Shown here: positions 10,152 through 20,972 of the stretch, one piece after another
Layout of the letters: each line of letters opens with the position of its first letter
Position numbering within the stretch: position 1 is the first letter of the stretch
The notes under the pieces: model-generated
Told to the model about the DNA's origin: nothing
Database searches by the model: none
Seen by the model: only the letters and a program-made list of their open reading frames with translations
NCBI GenBank assembly: GCA_965218595.1
Contig: CBDCLC010000005.1
Span: 41,368-105,367, forward strand
Reading direction: 5' to 3'
Length of the DNA stretch: 64,000 nt
From: Acidobacteriaceae bacterium
GTDB lineage: Bacteria; Acidobacteriota; Terriglobia; Terriglobales; Acidobacteriaceae
Position numbers and translations under genes: made by a program

Positions 10152-10180
10152 GGCGACCTTCCCGAATCGGGAAGGTCGCC
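10152..10180. terminator. Perfect 14-bp inverted repeat, possible terminator or regulatory hairpin upstream of the OmpA-family gene
   Basis: GGCGACCTTCCCGA-A-TCGGGAAGGTCGCC; no clear U-tract. Confidence 0.45.
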
Positions 10181-10326
10181 GATTCTTGCGCCAAAATGAG
10201 CGTCCTTCTGCCTCCCGCGGCGCATCGCATGAGGTGGGAAGATGCCCATGTCGCCCGTTTTGGGTAGAGCTGCGCGTGAGATCGTCTGCGCGGCCTGGAC
10301 AGCATCGCCCGCAAGGAGATGTTTCG

Positions 10327-11931
10327 ATGAACCGCAGTACAGCCGTTCGTTTTGCCTGCATCACCTCCAGCCTGCTGGTCCTTGGTGCAGCCCTCCCCCT
10401 GTCAACATCGGCTCAGGTGCCCAACCCCACCAGCGTTCCCGGCTCCGGTTCCGGCCTACCCACTCTGACTCAGGAGAACGGTCAGTACCTTTACCGGGTC
10501 AATGTGGTGCAGCGCAACCTGGACGCCGTCAACTATCTCCATCGCAGCGGATCGACCCGCATCGGCTTCGAGGGCACGGCCCTTCTGCCCGGAGCCAGCG
10601 GCGAAGCCAAGGTAGAAAGCGAGCGGGGTCACATTACGATCGACGCCCGTTTCAAGGGCCTGGTGCCGGCCAACTCCTTCGGCAAGGAGTACCTCACCTA
10701 TGTGCTGTGGGCCATCAGCCCGGACGGCCGCCCCAACAATCTGGGAGAGATTCTTCCCGACGGCAGCAAGAACGACATCAAGACCTCGACGTCCTTCCAG
10801 TCCTTCGGCATGATCGTCACGGCAGAGCCGTACTACTCCGTCACCCAGCCCAGCGACGTGGTGGTGCTGCAGAATGTCATTCTCGATAACCAGACGACCG
10901 GCGTGCTTGAAAAGGTGAACGCGCACTACTTTCTTCTGCCGCGCGGTTTGTACGCGCCCACGGCCGGTTCGAACGCCGTGGAAAACCCCATCACGCGCAA
11001 CGAGCGCTCCCCGCTTGAGTTGTACGAGGCGTACAACGCGGTCCGCATCGCCAGGCAGGCAGGCGCCGACCGCTATGCCCCCGACATCCTCAGCCGGGCG
11101 GAGCAGGATCTGCGCAACGCCGCCGATATTGACAGCAACAAGCACGGCGATCGCAAGACCGAGATCACCTTTGCGCGCGGCGCGGTCGAGCGGGCCGAGG
11201 ACGCCCGTGTGGTCACCCTGCGCAAGCAGGCGGCCGAGCGGCAGCTGAACGCCGAGCGCGCCAAGGACCAGGCACAGATGCAGGCAGCCAACTCCCAGAT
11301 GCAAGCGCAGGCGGCCCAGCTCCAAGCTGAGCGCGCCCAGGCCGCCAAGGCGCAGGCGGATGCGGAGCGCGCCCGGGCCGAGGCTGCCGCAGCACAGGCG
11401 CAGGCACAGGCGGCGCAGGCAAACCAGGCTGCCGAGAGCGCGAACTCGGTCCGCGAGCGGTTGCGCGGGCAGCTCAACAGCGTCCTGCAGACCAGCGAGA
11501 CGGCCCGCGGTCTGATCGTCAACATGTCCGATGTGCTCTTTGACACGGGCAAGTACACCCTGAAGAATGACGCCCAGATCGCCTTGGCGAAGGTTGCCGG
11601 CATCCTCCAGGCGTACCCGGGCCTGAAGCTGCAGGTGGAAGGGTACACGGACTCGGTCGGCTCGGACAGCTACAACCAGACGCTCTCGGAGAATCGCGCC
11701 GGCGCGGTGCGTGACTTCCTGGTGAAGCAGGGCGTGCAGATGGGCAACATCTCCGCGACCGGCTACGGCAAGTCGGACCCGGTGGCCAGCAACGACACGG
11801 CACAGGGCCGGTCACAGAACCGCCGTGTGCAGCTGGTGGTCTCGGGCGACGCTATCGGCGTGGACCAGCAGAGTGGGCCCAGCGAGGCCGCACCCTCCGG
11901 GCAGCCTCAGCCGTCTGCGCCGCCGCAGTAA
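10327..11931 (+). CDS. OmpA family protein with an N-terminal secreted domain and an Ala/Gln-rich coiled coil
   Basis: Signal peptide; C-terminal OmpA_C-like domain VLFDTGKYTL...VEGYTDSVG...YNQTLSENRA...NRRVQLVV. Confidence 0.92.
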   Translation: MNRSTAVRFACITSSLLVLGAALPLSTSAQVPNPTSVPGSGSGLPTLTQENGQYLYRVNVVQRNLDAVNYLHRSGSTRIGFEGTALLPGASGEAKVESERGHITIDARFKGLVPANSFGKEYLTYVLWAISPDGRPNNLGEILPDGSKNDIKTSTSFQSFGMIVTAEPYYSVTQPSDVVVLQNVILDNQTTGVLEKVNAHYFLLPRGLYAPTAGSNAVENPITRNERSPLELYEAYNAVRIARQAGADRYAPDILSRAEQDLRNAADIDSNKHGDRKTEITFARGAVERAEDARVVTLRKQAAERQLNAERAKDQAQMQAANSQMQAQAAQLQAERAQAAKAQADAERARAEAAAAQAQAQAAQANQAAESANSVRERLRGQLNSVLQTSETARGLIVNMSDVLFDTGKYTLKNDAQIALAKVAGILQAYPGLKLQVEGYTDSVGSDSYNQTLSENRAGAVRDFLVKQGVQMGNISATGYGKSDPVASNDTAQGRSQNRRVQLVVSGDAIGVDQQSGPSEAAPSGQPQPSAPPQ

Positions 11932-12023
11932 AAGCGGTCTAAAACCCCGGTGGGAGGTCGGGTCGTCGCTCGCAAGACGGCCTGACCTCTCGTCCGCTTT
12001 GCCGCACCAACCAGGAGGTACGA

Positions 12024-12800
12024 GTGCCGATATCGGCGTCATCGTTTGTGGTCTGCATTACGGGCGCGAGCTCCGGCATCGGCCGGGCAACGGCCATGGC
12101 GTTCGCGAAGGAGGGGTCGCGTCTTCTGCTGTGCGCCCGGCGTGAGGATCGTCTCGAAGGCATGCGAGCCGAGCTTACCGATGCTGGCGCGAGAGATGTT
12201 CACAGCTTCGCTCTGGATGTGCAGGACCGCCCCGCCGTCGAGCGCAACTTCCGTGATCTCCCACCGGAGTGGCAGGCGATCGATGTGCTGATCAACAACG
12301 CCGGCCTGAGTCGCGGTCTCGCCAGGGTCTACGAGGATGACCCGCAGAACTGGGAGGAGATGCTCGACACCAACGTCAAGGGTCTGCTCTACGTCACGCG
12401 CGTGGTGGTGCCAGGCATGGTGGAACGCGGCCGCGGCCACATCATCAACCTGGGCTCAACCGCCGGGCACATGACCTACAGCAACGGAACGGTCTACTGC
12501 GCCAGCAAGGCAGCGGAGCGCGCCATCAGCGAGGGTCTCAAGCTCGACCTGATGGGGACGCCTGTGCGCGTCACAAGTGTTGATCCGGGCATGGTCGAAA
12601 CGGACTTCAGCCGCGTGCGCTTTCGCGGCGACGAGGAGCGTGCCGCCAAGGTTTACCAGAAGATCACTCCTCTGCAGCCCGAGGACGTTGCCGATGCCAT
12701 CGTCTGGGCAGCCACTCGTCCTCTGCACGTCAATGTTCACCAGGTGCTGCTGACAAGCATCGACCAGGCAAACTCGCTGGTCCTGCAACGCCACGACTAA
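12024..12800 (+). CDS. SDR oxidoreductase, YdfG-like
   Basis: TGASSGIG, NNAG, YCASK (YxxxK), DPGMVETDFS. Confidence 0.9.
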   Translation: MPISASSFVVCITGASSGIGRATAMAFAKEGSRLLLCARREDRLEGMRAELTDAGARDVHSFALDVQDRPAVERNFRDLPPEWQAIDVLINNAGLSRGLARVYEDDPQNWEEMLDTNVKGLLYVTRVVVPGMVERGRGHIINLGSTAGHMTYSNGTVYCASKAAERAISEGLKLDLMGTPVRVTSVDPGMVETDFSRVRFRGDEERAAKVYQKITPLQPEDVADAIVWAATRPLHVNVHQVLLTSIDQANSLVLQRHD

Positions 12801-12881
12801 GCTCCGGCGAGCGGTGTCCCGGGCTTCTGTGTCGGACCTTCAGCCCTCAAAGTCCGAGAGCTGCACGCAAACGGCTCCAGC

Positions 12882-14126
<1,245 letters not shown>

Positions 14127-14178
14127 GATGGTGGAGCCCCCTCGATCCAGTTTAGACGTTTCCCCGCCGGGCGAAGGT

Positions 14179-14916
14179 TCAGCCAGCGCACGGAGCTTCG
14201 ATAGGGCGAACGGCCGTCAGCACGGCGAAGCGGCCGGAGTGGAAGGCACACCGGGCATCGGTGAAGCCTGCCCCCGAGAGCCACTGAAGCTGGTCCGCGA
14301 TGGTGGCACAGCGATCCTCCGCCTGGCGCAGGAGGGAGTCGCGGATCTGCTGCGCGGTTGCGCCGAGCGCCCCGGCCTGCTCCAGCCAACGCTGCCGGGC
14401 CTCCGCCTCGAGCTCCGGGTTTGGAGCCAGGATCTGCTCGGCGTTCACGAAGACCCCGCCGGGCCGTAGCGCCGGAAGGATGCGGCGGAACAGCCTCTGC
14501 TTTGCATCGTCGGACAAGTGGTGAATCGACAGGGCAGACACAACCGCGTCGTAGCTGCCGCCCCACTCACAGCTGGTGTAGTCCCCTGCCTGGCAGAGAA
14601 CCTCCCCATCCCTTGAGAAACGCTCGCGGGCCTGGCGGAGCATGGCCGGCGCGTTGTCGATCAGGTGCAGCCGAGCGTCGGGAAAGCGCTTGCGAACAAA
14701 TGCGGAGAGCAGACCGGTTCCCGCTCCCAGGTCGAGAACACGATCCGTGTGCCCGGGCAGAAGCGCCACCGCCGTGCCATAGAGCTGGTCAAAGCAGGGG
14801 ATCAGAGCGCGGCGCGCGGGGTCGTACGTGGGCGCGGTCCGGTCGAAGACGTCTCGGGTCGCGTCAATCGAGGAAGACTCGGCATCGCGGGGAGGCCTGG
14901 CGCGATTCTCACCCAC
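14179..14916 (-). CDS. Class I SAM-dependent methyltransferase
   Basis: [34 protein letters not shown]. Confidence 0.9.
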   Translation of the reverse strand: MGENRARPPRDAESSSIDATRDVFDRTAPTYDPARRALIPCFDQLYGTAVALLPGHTDRVLDLGAGTGLLSAFVRKRFPDARLHLIDNAPAMLRQARERFSRDGEVLCQAGDYTSCEWGGSYDAVVSALSIHHLSDDAKQRLFRRILPALRPGGVFVNAEQILAPNPELEAEARQRWLEQAGALGATAQQIRDSLLRQAEDRCATIADQLQWLSGAGFTDARCAFHSGRFAVLTAVRPIEAPCAG

Positions 14917-14964
14917 GCCTCCCTCCGTTGCCCAGAGGCACAGCCGCGCCCCCAGCTGTGCTTG

Positions 14965-17900
14965 TCATTGCCCTCGGGTGGCGGGGGCCTTCTGCAACTC
15001 GCCCAGAAGCGTCTTGACGGCCGCCTCCAGCTGCGTGTCCTGGCCGCTCTCGGTCTCGCCCAGGGTGCGGACGGACTCCACATCGACCGGCCGGGGGTGC
15101 ATCTCCATGTCCCCCCCGCGGGTGTCGCGGATGCGGTAGCCAGGGACGCGAACGGCGGAGCCGTCGATCAGCCGCTGCGCGCCGGTAAAGATGATCCACC
15201 CGGCGGTCGGCGTGCCGACCACCTCGCCCAGGTGCAGCGTGCGGTAGCCCTCGGTGAAGTCTTCGCCGTCCGAGAGTGTCGATTCGTTGGTGACGAGCAC
15301 CGTGGGCAGACCCAGCGCGCGCTGGCCGAGCGCCTGCCGGCTGGGCATGGGCGAGCCGCCGCGCGGCGTCATCTCCAGGTAGTTGCGGCGGGCGAAGACG
15401 TCGATCACGCGGCCGTTGACGTAGCCTCCGTTGTTGTTGCGGACGTCGATGACGACGCCCTGCTTGGCCTGGTTCTGCGCATCCAGATCGAGGTAGAGCT
15501 GCTCGAGGTCGGAGTCGCCCATGGCGGCGATGTGGACGTAGCCGAGTTTGCCGCCGGAGATCTTGTTGACGTAGGCGCGGCGGCTCTCGACCCAGGCGCG
15601 GTAGAGCAGGCCGGATTCGACCTGCAGGGTGACGGGCCGGACCGCGATATCGTGCTTCTTCGACACGTCGCCGCCGGGGGCGATCGAGAGTACGACGCGC
15701 TTGCCGGCGAGGTCTTCGAGCAGCGCATCGAGATTGGTGGCGGGGGTAATGGCGGTGCCATCGACCGCCAGCAGGTGGTCGCCCGGGTGAATGCCTTCGA
15801 GCGCGGCCGGACCCAGCGGTACCACCGCCCGCACCACCAGCGCGCCCGAGCTTTCAAACGGCTCGCGTTCGAAGCGGAGCCCGAGACGTCCGGTGCGGAC
15901 CGCCGGCGGGCTGGCGCGATTGATGCCGGAATGCGAGCTGTTCAGCTCGCCGATCAGCAGGTTGATGTCGCGGCGCAGCTCCGCGTCCGTGCGCGTGCCC
16001 TCGATATAGGGCCGCCACTCGGCACGCAGCGCGGTCCAGTTCTGGCCGTTGAAGTTCTTGTCAAAGAAGCGGTGGTCGAGCGTGGTCCAGGCCTCATCGA
16101 AGACCACCATCTTCTCCTGGTTGAAGTCGACATCGATGGCGGCCGAGAGCGCGAGCGGCTTGGGCGTGCGTGATTCGATTGCGACCGAGCGAACGCCGGA
16201 GCTGCCGCCGCCAGGACCTCGCCCGCCGGAGCCTTCGAGATAAAAGATGGTCTTCGAGTCCGGCGTAAACGCAAGGTCGGACTTCGGTGCCGGGGTCGTC
16301 GTGAGTTGTCGCGCCGAGGCGGGCTCCTGCGCCAGCTCGTCGAGCGAGTAGGTGTAGATGTTCTCCTGGTCGGCGACTTCCGCGAGGAACGCGAGCGTCT
16401 TGCCGTCGGGGCTGATGACCGGGTAACGCACGCCGAGGCCGATGGGCAGCAACGTCAGGCGGTCGCGAATGCCCTCAAACACAATGCGGGTCGGTTCGGG
16501 CTTCTTGGCCGGTGGCTTGCCGGGCTTGGCGGCGGTGCCGTCGGCCGCGGCCGCGGACTCCTTAACAGGTTCCTTGACCGGCTCGGGAGGCACCGGGGCT
16601 GGGTGCTCGGGTGCGCCGGGCTTCTGCGTGGGGTGCTCGGGCGAGACCTCGGGCGTGCCGGGCGAGGTCTGCTTCTGGAACAGCTCGCGAAACTGGTCCT
16701 CGCGAAACGCGGGGACGTGCGGAATGAGGTCGACACGGGCCAGCTGCGGCGTCTCGCTGCGCTGCGCGGTGTCGAACAGGATGTATTTGCCGTCGGGCGA
16801 CCACGCGATATGCGAGGCGTTCTCCCCGTTCGCGAGAAAGGTCAGCGGCTGGGGCTTGGCGCTGCCGTCGGCCGGCACGGCGTCGAGGTTGGTGAAGCCG
16901 TTGGTGCCGGTCGGCACGTAGACGATCCAGTGGCTGTCCGGCGACCAGGCCAGGGTGTCGTCCTCGATCTCGCCGGTCGCGACGGTCCTGTCTTTCAAGC
17001 CGTCGAGCGCCAGCACGTGGAGCTCGCGGCGGTTGCGCACAAAGGCCAGCGACTTGCCATCCGGCGACCAGGTGGGCGAGACGTCCATATCCAGCCCGTG
17101 CGTCAACGGCCGCTCGGCCGCGGTGGCGAAGTTGTACAGGTACAGGCTGGAGCCGCCGTCACGCTCGGAGCGGTAGACGACCTCCTTGGAGTCGGGCGAC
17201 CACTGTGGATCGCTCTCTGCGGACTCGGTCCGGGTCAGGCGCTGCGGCTCGCCGCCCTCCTTGGCGCTGCCGGCGAAGACCTCGCCATGGCCGACGATCG
17301 CGACCTTGTTGCCGTCGGGCGAGAGGGCGAGGCCGCTCCACTGCCGGATGGGCATGTGGGTGACGCCGGGCGAGCTCGGGGAGCCGCGCAGCGCGATCTT
17401 CACCTCCGCCGCCTTGCCGGAGCGCGTGTCGACCGACCAGATGCCGAAGTTTCGTTCCAAGACGATGGTGTGGCCGTCGAAGGAGATGGTGGGCCACAAG
17501 ACGCGGCCCGAGGTGAAGTGCGTCAGCTGCTTCACCGCGCCGGTCGCGGCATCGGCCTGCCAGATGTTCTCGTTGCCCTTCTTTCCCTCGGCCGCGCGGT
17601 CCGACATGAAGAAGACCGTCCTGCCGTCGGCGGACCACATGGGCCAGGCGTGCTTGGCGTTGGCGGGAACCAGAAGGCGATACCCGGCGGATTCGCTGAC
17701 CGGCTTCAGCCAGAGCTCGGTCTCATCGATGTGGGCGTGTCCGTTGCGCCACCACTGCGCGGAGGAGATGCCCTTCGCCACCAGGGCGATCTCTTTGCCG
17801 TCGGGCGAGGGAGCGGACTCGAACTCGTTCAGGTAACGCTCGCGCGAGACCTGCATGGGTGTCCCGCCGGTCGAGCGAACGCGCAAAATGTCGCCCAGAC

Positions 17901-18306
17901 CACCCACATCGGTCGCGCCCGAGGTGAAGTAGAGCCACTGGCCGTCGCGCGACCAGCCATCAAGATTGTCAGGGGAGTCCGAGTAGGTGATGCGCTCGAG
18001 TGCGCCGGTGGCAAAGGTCAGCACATAGATGTCGCCGCTGCCCGTGCGTGTCGAGACAAAGGCCAGCCGCTGCCCGTCGGGCGAGTAGAGCGGACGCGAC
18101 TCCTCGGCCGGATTCGAGACCAGGAGGTGCGCCTCGCCGCCGCCGGCGGGCACGGTCCAAAGGTCGCCGCCGGAGCTGAAGGCGATCTCCTTGCCGTCGG
18201 GCGAGAGCGCGGGCGTGGCCAGGGACGGCTTGGAGGCGGGCACCTGGGCCGAAGCGCCAGACGCGAGGGCAAACAGGAGGGCGAAGACCGGCAGGGCGAT
18301 GCGCAA
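14965..18306 (-). CDS. Tricorn-like S41 peptidase (PD40/beta-propeller repeats, PDZ, S41 domain)
   Basis: Signal peptide, many WSPDG/SPDG repeats, LGYVHI, IDVRNNNGG, SDGEDF (catalytic Ser), GTPTAGW; TTG start with GAGG upstream. Confidence 0.93.
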   Translation of the reverse strand: MRIALPVFALLFALASGASAQVPASKPSLATPALSPDGKEIAFSSGGDLWTVPAGGGEAHLLVSNPAEESRPLYSPDGQRLAFVSTRTGSGDIYVLTFATGALERITYSDSPDNLDGWSRDGQWLYFTSGATDVGGLGDILRVRSTGGTPMQVSRERYLNEFESAPSPDGKEIALVAKGISSAQWWRNGHAHIDETELWLKPVSESAGYRLLVPANAKHAWPMWSADGRTVFFMSDRAAEGKKGNENIWQADAATGAVKQLTHFTSGRVLWPTISFDGHTIVLERNFGIWSVDTRSGKAAEVKIALRGSPSSPGVTHMPIRQWSGLALSPDGNKVAIVGHGEVFAGSAKEGGEPQRLTRTESAESDPQWSPDSKEVVYRSERDGGSSLYLYNFATAAERPLTHGLDMDVSPTWSPDGKSLAFVRNRRELHVLALDGLKDRTVATGEIEDDTLAWSPDSHWIVYVPTGTNGFTNLDAVPADGSAKPQPLTFLANGENASHIAWSPDGKYILFDTAQRSETPQLARVDLIPHVPAFREDQFRELFQKQTSPGTPEVSPEHPTQKPGAPEHPAPVPPEPVKEPVKESAAAADGTAAKPGKPPAKKPEPTRIVFEGIRDRLTLLPIGLGVRYPVISPDGKTLAFLAEVADQENIYTYSLDELAQEPASARQLTTTPAPKSDLAFTPDSKTIFYLEGSGGRGPGGGSSGVRSVAIESRTPKPLALSAAIDVDFNQEKMVVFDEAWTTLDHRFFDKNFNGQNWTALRAEWRPYIEGTRTDAELRRDINLLIGELNSSHSGINRASPPAVRTGRLGLRFEREPFESSGALVVRAVVPLGPAALEGIHPGDHLLAVDGTAITPATNLDALLEDLAGKRVVLSIAPGGDVSKKHDIAVRPVTLQVESGLLYRAWVESRRAYVNKISGGKLGYVHIAAMGDSDLEQLYLDLDAQNQAKQGVVIDVRNNNGGYVNGRVIDVFARRNYLEMTPRGGSPMPSRQALGQRALGLPTVLVTNESTLSDGEDFTEGYRTLHLGEVVGTPTAGWIIFTGAQRLIDGSAVRVPGYRIRDTRGGDMEMHPRPVDVESVRTLGETESGQDTQLEAAVKTLLGELQKAPATRGQ

Positions 18307-18529
18307 AGGAAAGTGACCTCGGGCAGCAGGATGCGGGAATGGCCGATAGACGGATGCGGGTGCCTCATGGTCGCACGCACGGCGGGAGAGCGCAAAGAAA
18401 AAGGCCGCGCCGAAGCGCGGGGCCTTGGCTCGGGCGAGTTTTTTTGAGCGAAACCGCGTTACGCAGCGAACCGGGCCCGGTCCCCGGGGTCGAGTGTTCG
18501 GCGCCGGAGTGGATCAAGGGCCAAAGCCG

Positions 18530-19291
18530 AAATACAGGGGTCTCTCCACTCCGCTTCGCTCCGGTCGAGAAGACAGGCTGGGGATGAGCGGCTCTAGTGG
18601 AAGTCAGGGGTGAGCGTCTGGTCGCGCGGGCCCACCGGTCCTGTCACCTCGACCCACCGGTCCTGTCACCTGGACATGCCGGTCCTGTCACCTGGACCTA
18701 CCAGTCCTGTCCTTTCGACCCACCGGTTTTTTCACCTCGACCTACCAGTCCTGTCACCTCGACCGGAGGACGCGTCCTTTGCGTCCGAAGCGGAGAGGCC
18801 CCTGTATTTCGCTTTTCGGCACGGAGGAGGGATTCAGGGGAGAAGTCCTGATGCTGTGGTCTTGCAATCGGGTGGAGGGAACCCACATCTCAGAGGCGAG
18901 ATGTGGGGCACCCGCACCTTCAGACCAGGAGGGAACCCACATCTCAGAGGCGAGATGTAGGGGCACCCGCACCTTCAGACCAGGAGGGAACCCACATCTC
19001 AGAGGCGAGATGTGGGGCACCCGCCGGTGGGTGAGTGATTTGTCCTTTCCTGATGCCGCAGTGCCAGGGTGCCCCACGTCTCGCTCTCGAGACGTGGGTT
19101 CAGGGTCTTCACGTGCTTCGGACCTGAGTGCGATCTCAGAACAGAGGAACTACACCCCTCAGGAAAACTGCTCCGATGGAAGCCCCGCGGCGAGCGTCTG
19201 ATCGCGCAGCGCCACCACCCCTGTCACCTCGATCGAAGGACGCGTCCTTCGCGTCCGTAGCGAAGAGGCCCCCGTGTTTCGCTCTTCGGCA
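18530..19291. repeat. Composite repeat island: family A unit, 6 x 22-bp array, family A unit, 3 tandem family B units plus 1 inverted, family A unit
   Basis: A at 18530-18575; array consensus CCCACCGGTCCTGTCACCTCGA at 18631-18762; A at about 18752-18823 and 19221-19291 (direct repeats); B units with ~54-bp period at 18876-19022; inverted B at about 19067-19100. Confidence 0.92.
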
Positions 19292-19304
19292 CGAAGCAGC
19301 AGCT

Positions 19305-20867
19305 CTAGTTGAAGCCCCGCCGCGTCCGGTTGCGGGTGGAGAACTCCTCCTGCTGACGATCGCGGATACGCTCGGCGTACTGCGCGGCCTGGTCGGTGCG
19401 CTGCTTCTTTTCCGCGGCCGAGAACGCCCGTTCCTCCGAGCGCGAGATGCGCTTGTGCGCCGTCATGCCTTCCAGCAGAAACTCCGCCGCCGAGACCGAC
19501 TCCTCCGGAGAGGACTTGGAGTTGATGCCGAGCGGTGAAAGCTTCTCAAACAGACCCTGGATCTGCTGCAGCTCCCCGAAGGAGTCCGCGGCGGCCTGCG
19601 CGTCGTTCAGCTGCACCGTGCCGCCCAGGTTGAACCACTGCTCGATCTGCTGGGTATTAGTCTCCTTGAAGTACTGGTCGAAGATGTTCGCGACCGACTG
19701 CCGGATAATCTCGCGGATCACGCTGTCGGCCCCGCGCATCTCGCCCTCGTACTCCAGCTCGATCTTTCCGGTGATGCCGGGAAGCGCGGCATAGATGTCG
19801 CCGACGCGCGGCACCACCTGCCTTTCGCCGTGCAGCAGGGCGCGCCGCTCGGCGTTTGAGAGCACGAGCTCCATGGTCGAGATGGGCAGACGCTGCGACA
19901 CGCCGGAGCGCTTGTCGACCTTTTTGTCCTCGCGCGCGGCAAAGGCGACGGCCTCGACCACCTGCCGGATATAGTGCGGAATCTCGATCGACTGGATGGT
20001 GTCGTCGCCTGTGTAGGAGCGCGCGGTCCAGGCTTCCTGCTCGGTGATGGCGATCGCGTCGTCGATCGAATCGGGGTAGTGCGTGCGAATCTCGGAGCCG
20101 ATACGGTCCTTGAGCGGGGTCACAATCTTTCCGCGCGCGGTGTAGTCCTCCGGATTGGCCGAGAAGACGATCGCGACATCCAGCTGCAGACGCACGGGAT
20201 AACCCTTAATCTGGATATCGCCCTCCTGCATGATGTTGAAGAGCGCAACCTGAATCTTGCCGGCGAGATCGGGGATCTCGTTGACGGCAAAGATGCCGCG
20301 ATTGGCCCGCGGCAGAAGGCCGTAGTGCATGGTCAGCTCCGAACCGAGCTCATGACCGGAGCGCGCCGCCTTGATCGGGTCGACGTCGCCGATCAGGTCG
20401 GCTACCGTCACGTCGGGGGTCGCGAGCTTTTCGACGTAGCGCTCTTCGGGCTCAAGCCAGGCGATCGGCGTCTCGTCGCCCTTGCGCTCGATCAGGTCGC
20501 GCGAGAAGCGCGAGATCGGGGCGTAGGGGTTATCGCGCAGCTCGGAGCCGGCGACGTACGGCACCTGCGGATCCAGCAACGTGGTGAGCGCGCGCAGGAT
20601 GCGGCTCTTGGCCTGGCCGCGCAAGCCCAGAAGAATGAAGTTGTGGCGCGACAGCACGGCATTCACGATCTGCGGGATCACCGTGTCGTCGTAGCCGACG
20701 ATGCCAGGGAAGAGCGACTCACCGGAGCTGCGCGTTGAGCGCAGGCGGGCGATCAGGTTATCGCGAAGCTCGTCTTTGACGGAGCGGCCAACGCGCTCCG
20801 GAGTCCACTGAGAGGTGCGAAGTTCGCCAAGGGTGCCGGGGAGCGGATTGGAACTAGCCATACCCAA
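19305..20867 (-). CDS. Mg-chelatase ChlI/MoxR-like AAA+ ATPase
   Basis: [11 protein letters not shown] Walker A variant, [45 protein letters not shown]. Confidence 0.9.
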   Translation of the reverse strand: MGMASSNPLPGTLGELRTSQWTPERVGRSVKDELRDNLIARLRSTRSSGESLFPGIVGYDDTVIPQIVNAVLSRHNFILLGLRGQAKSRILRALTTLLDPQVPYVAGSELRDNPYAPISRFSRDLIERKGDETPIAWLEPEERYVEKLATPDVTVADLIGDVDPIKAARSGHELGSELTMHYGLLPRANRGIFAVNEIPDLAGKIQVALFNIMQEGDIQIKGYPVRLQLDVAIVFSANPEDYTARGKIVTPLKDRIGSEIRTHYPDSIDDAIAITEQEAWTARSYTGDDTIQSIEIPHYIRQVVEAVAFAAREDKKVDKRSGVSQRLPISTMELVLSNAERRALLHGERQVVPRVGDIYAALPGITGKIELEYEGEMRGADSVIREIIRQSVANIFDQYFKETNTQQIEQWFNLGGTVQLNDAQAAADSFGELQQIQGLFEKLSPLGINSKSSPEESVSAAEFLLEGMTAHKRISRSEERAFSAAEKKQRTDQAAQYAERIRDRQQEEFSTRNRTRRGFN

Positions 20868-20972
20868 GTATAAGCGGCTCTCCGCGCAGGAGCCCGGCGA
20901 CCACGGGCCGGCTTTGATTGCGTCATCAACTCCGGGCCGCTCAGGACCGCTCAGGAGCCGATCAGGAGCCGC

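Noticed and set aside
9464-10364. ORFs with recurring RDVGHP / ETWGT / NTGVSPLR peptides (also at 3.6-4.0, 18.6-19.2, 30.5-31.0 and 38.9-39.5 kb)
   Set aside because: These are translations of the palindromic repeats, not evidence of genes.
16306-18447. Long antisense ORFs (713 aa here; also 2144..3694, 46528..48360, 36145..36936 extension, 40425..42146, 61342..62676)
   Set aside because: They are shadows of real genes on the other strand or frame, expected at high GC; no recognisable motifs.
18876-19022. Three palindromic ~34-bp repeats at a regular ~54-bp period, superficially CRISPR-like
   Set aside because: The intervening sequences are identical (CGCACCTTCAGACCAGGAGGG), not unique spacers; no cas genes; the same unit is dispersed elsewhere as a REP.
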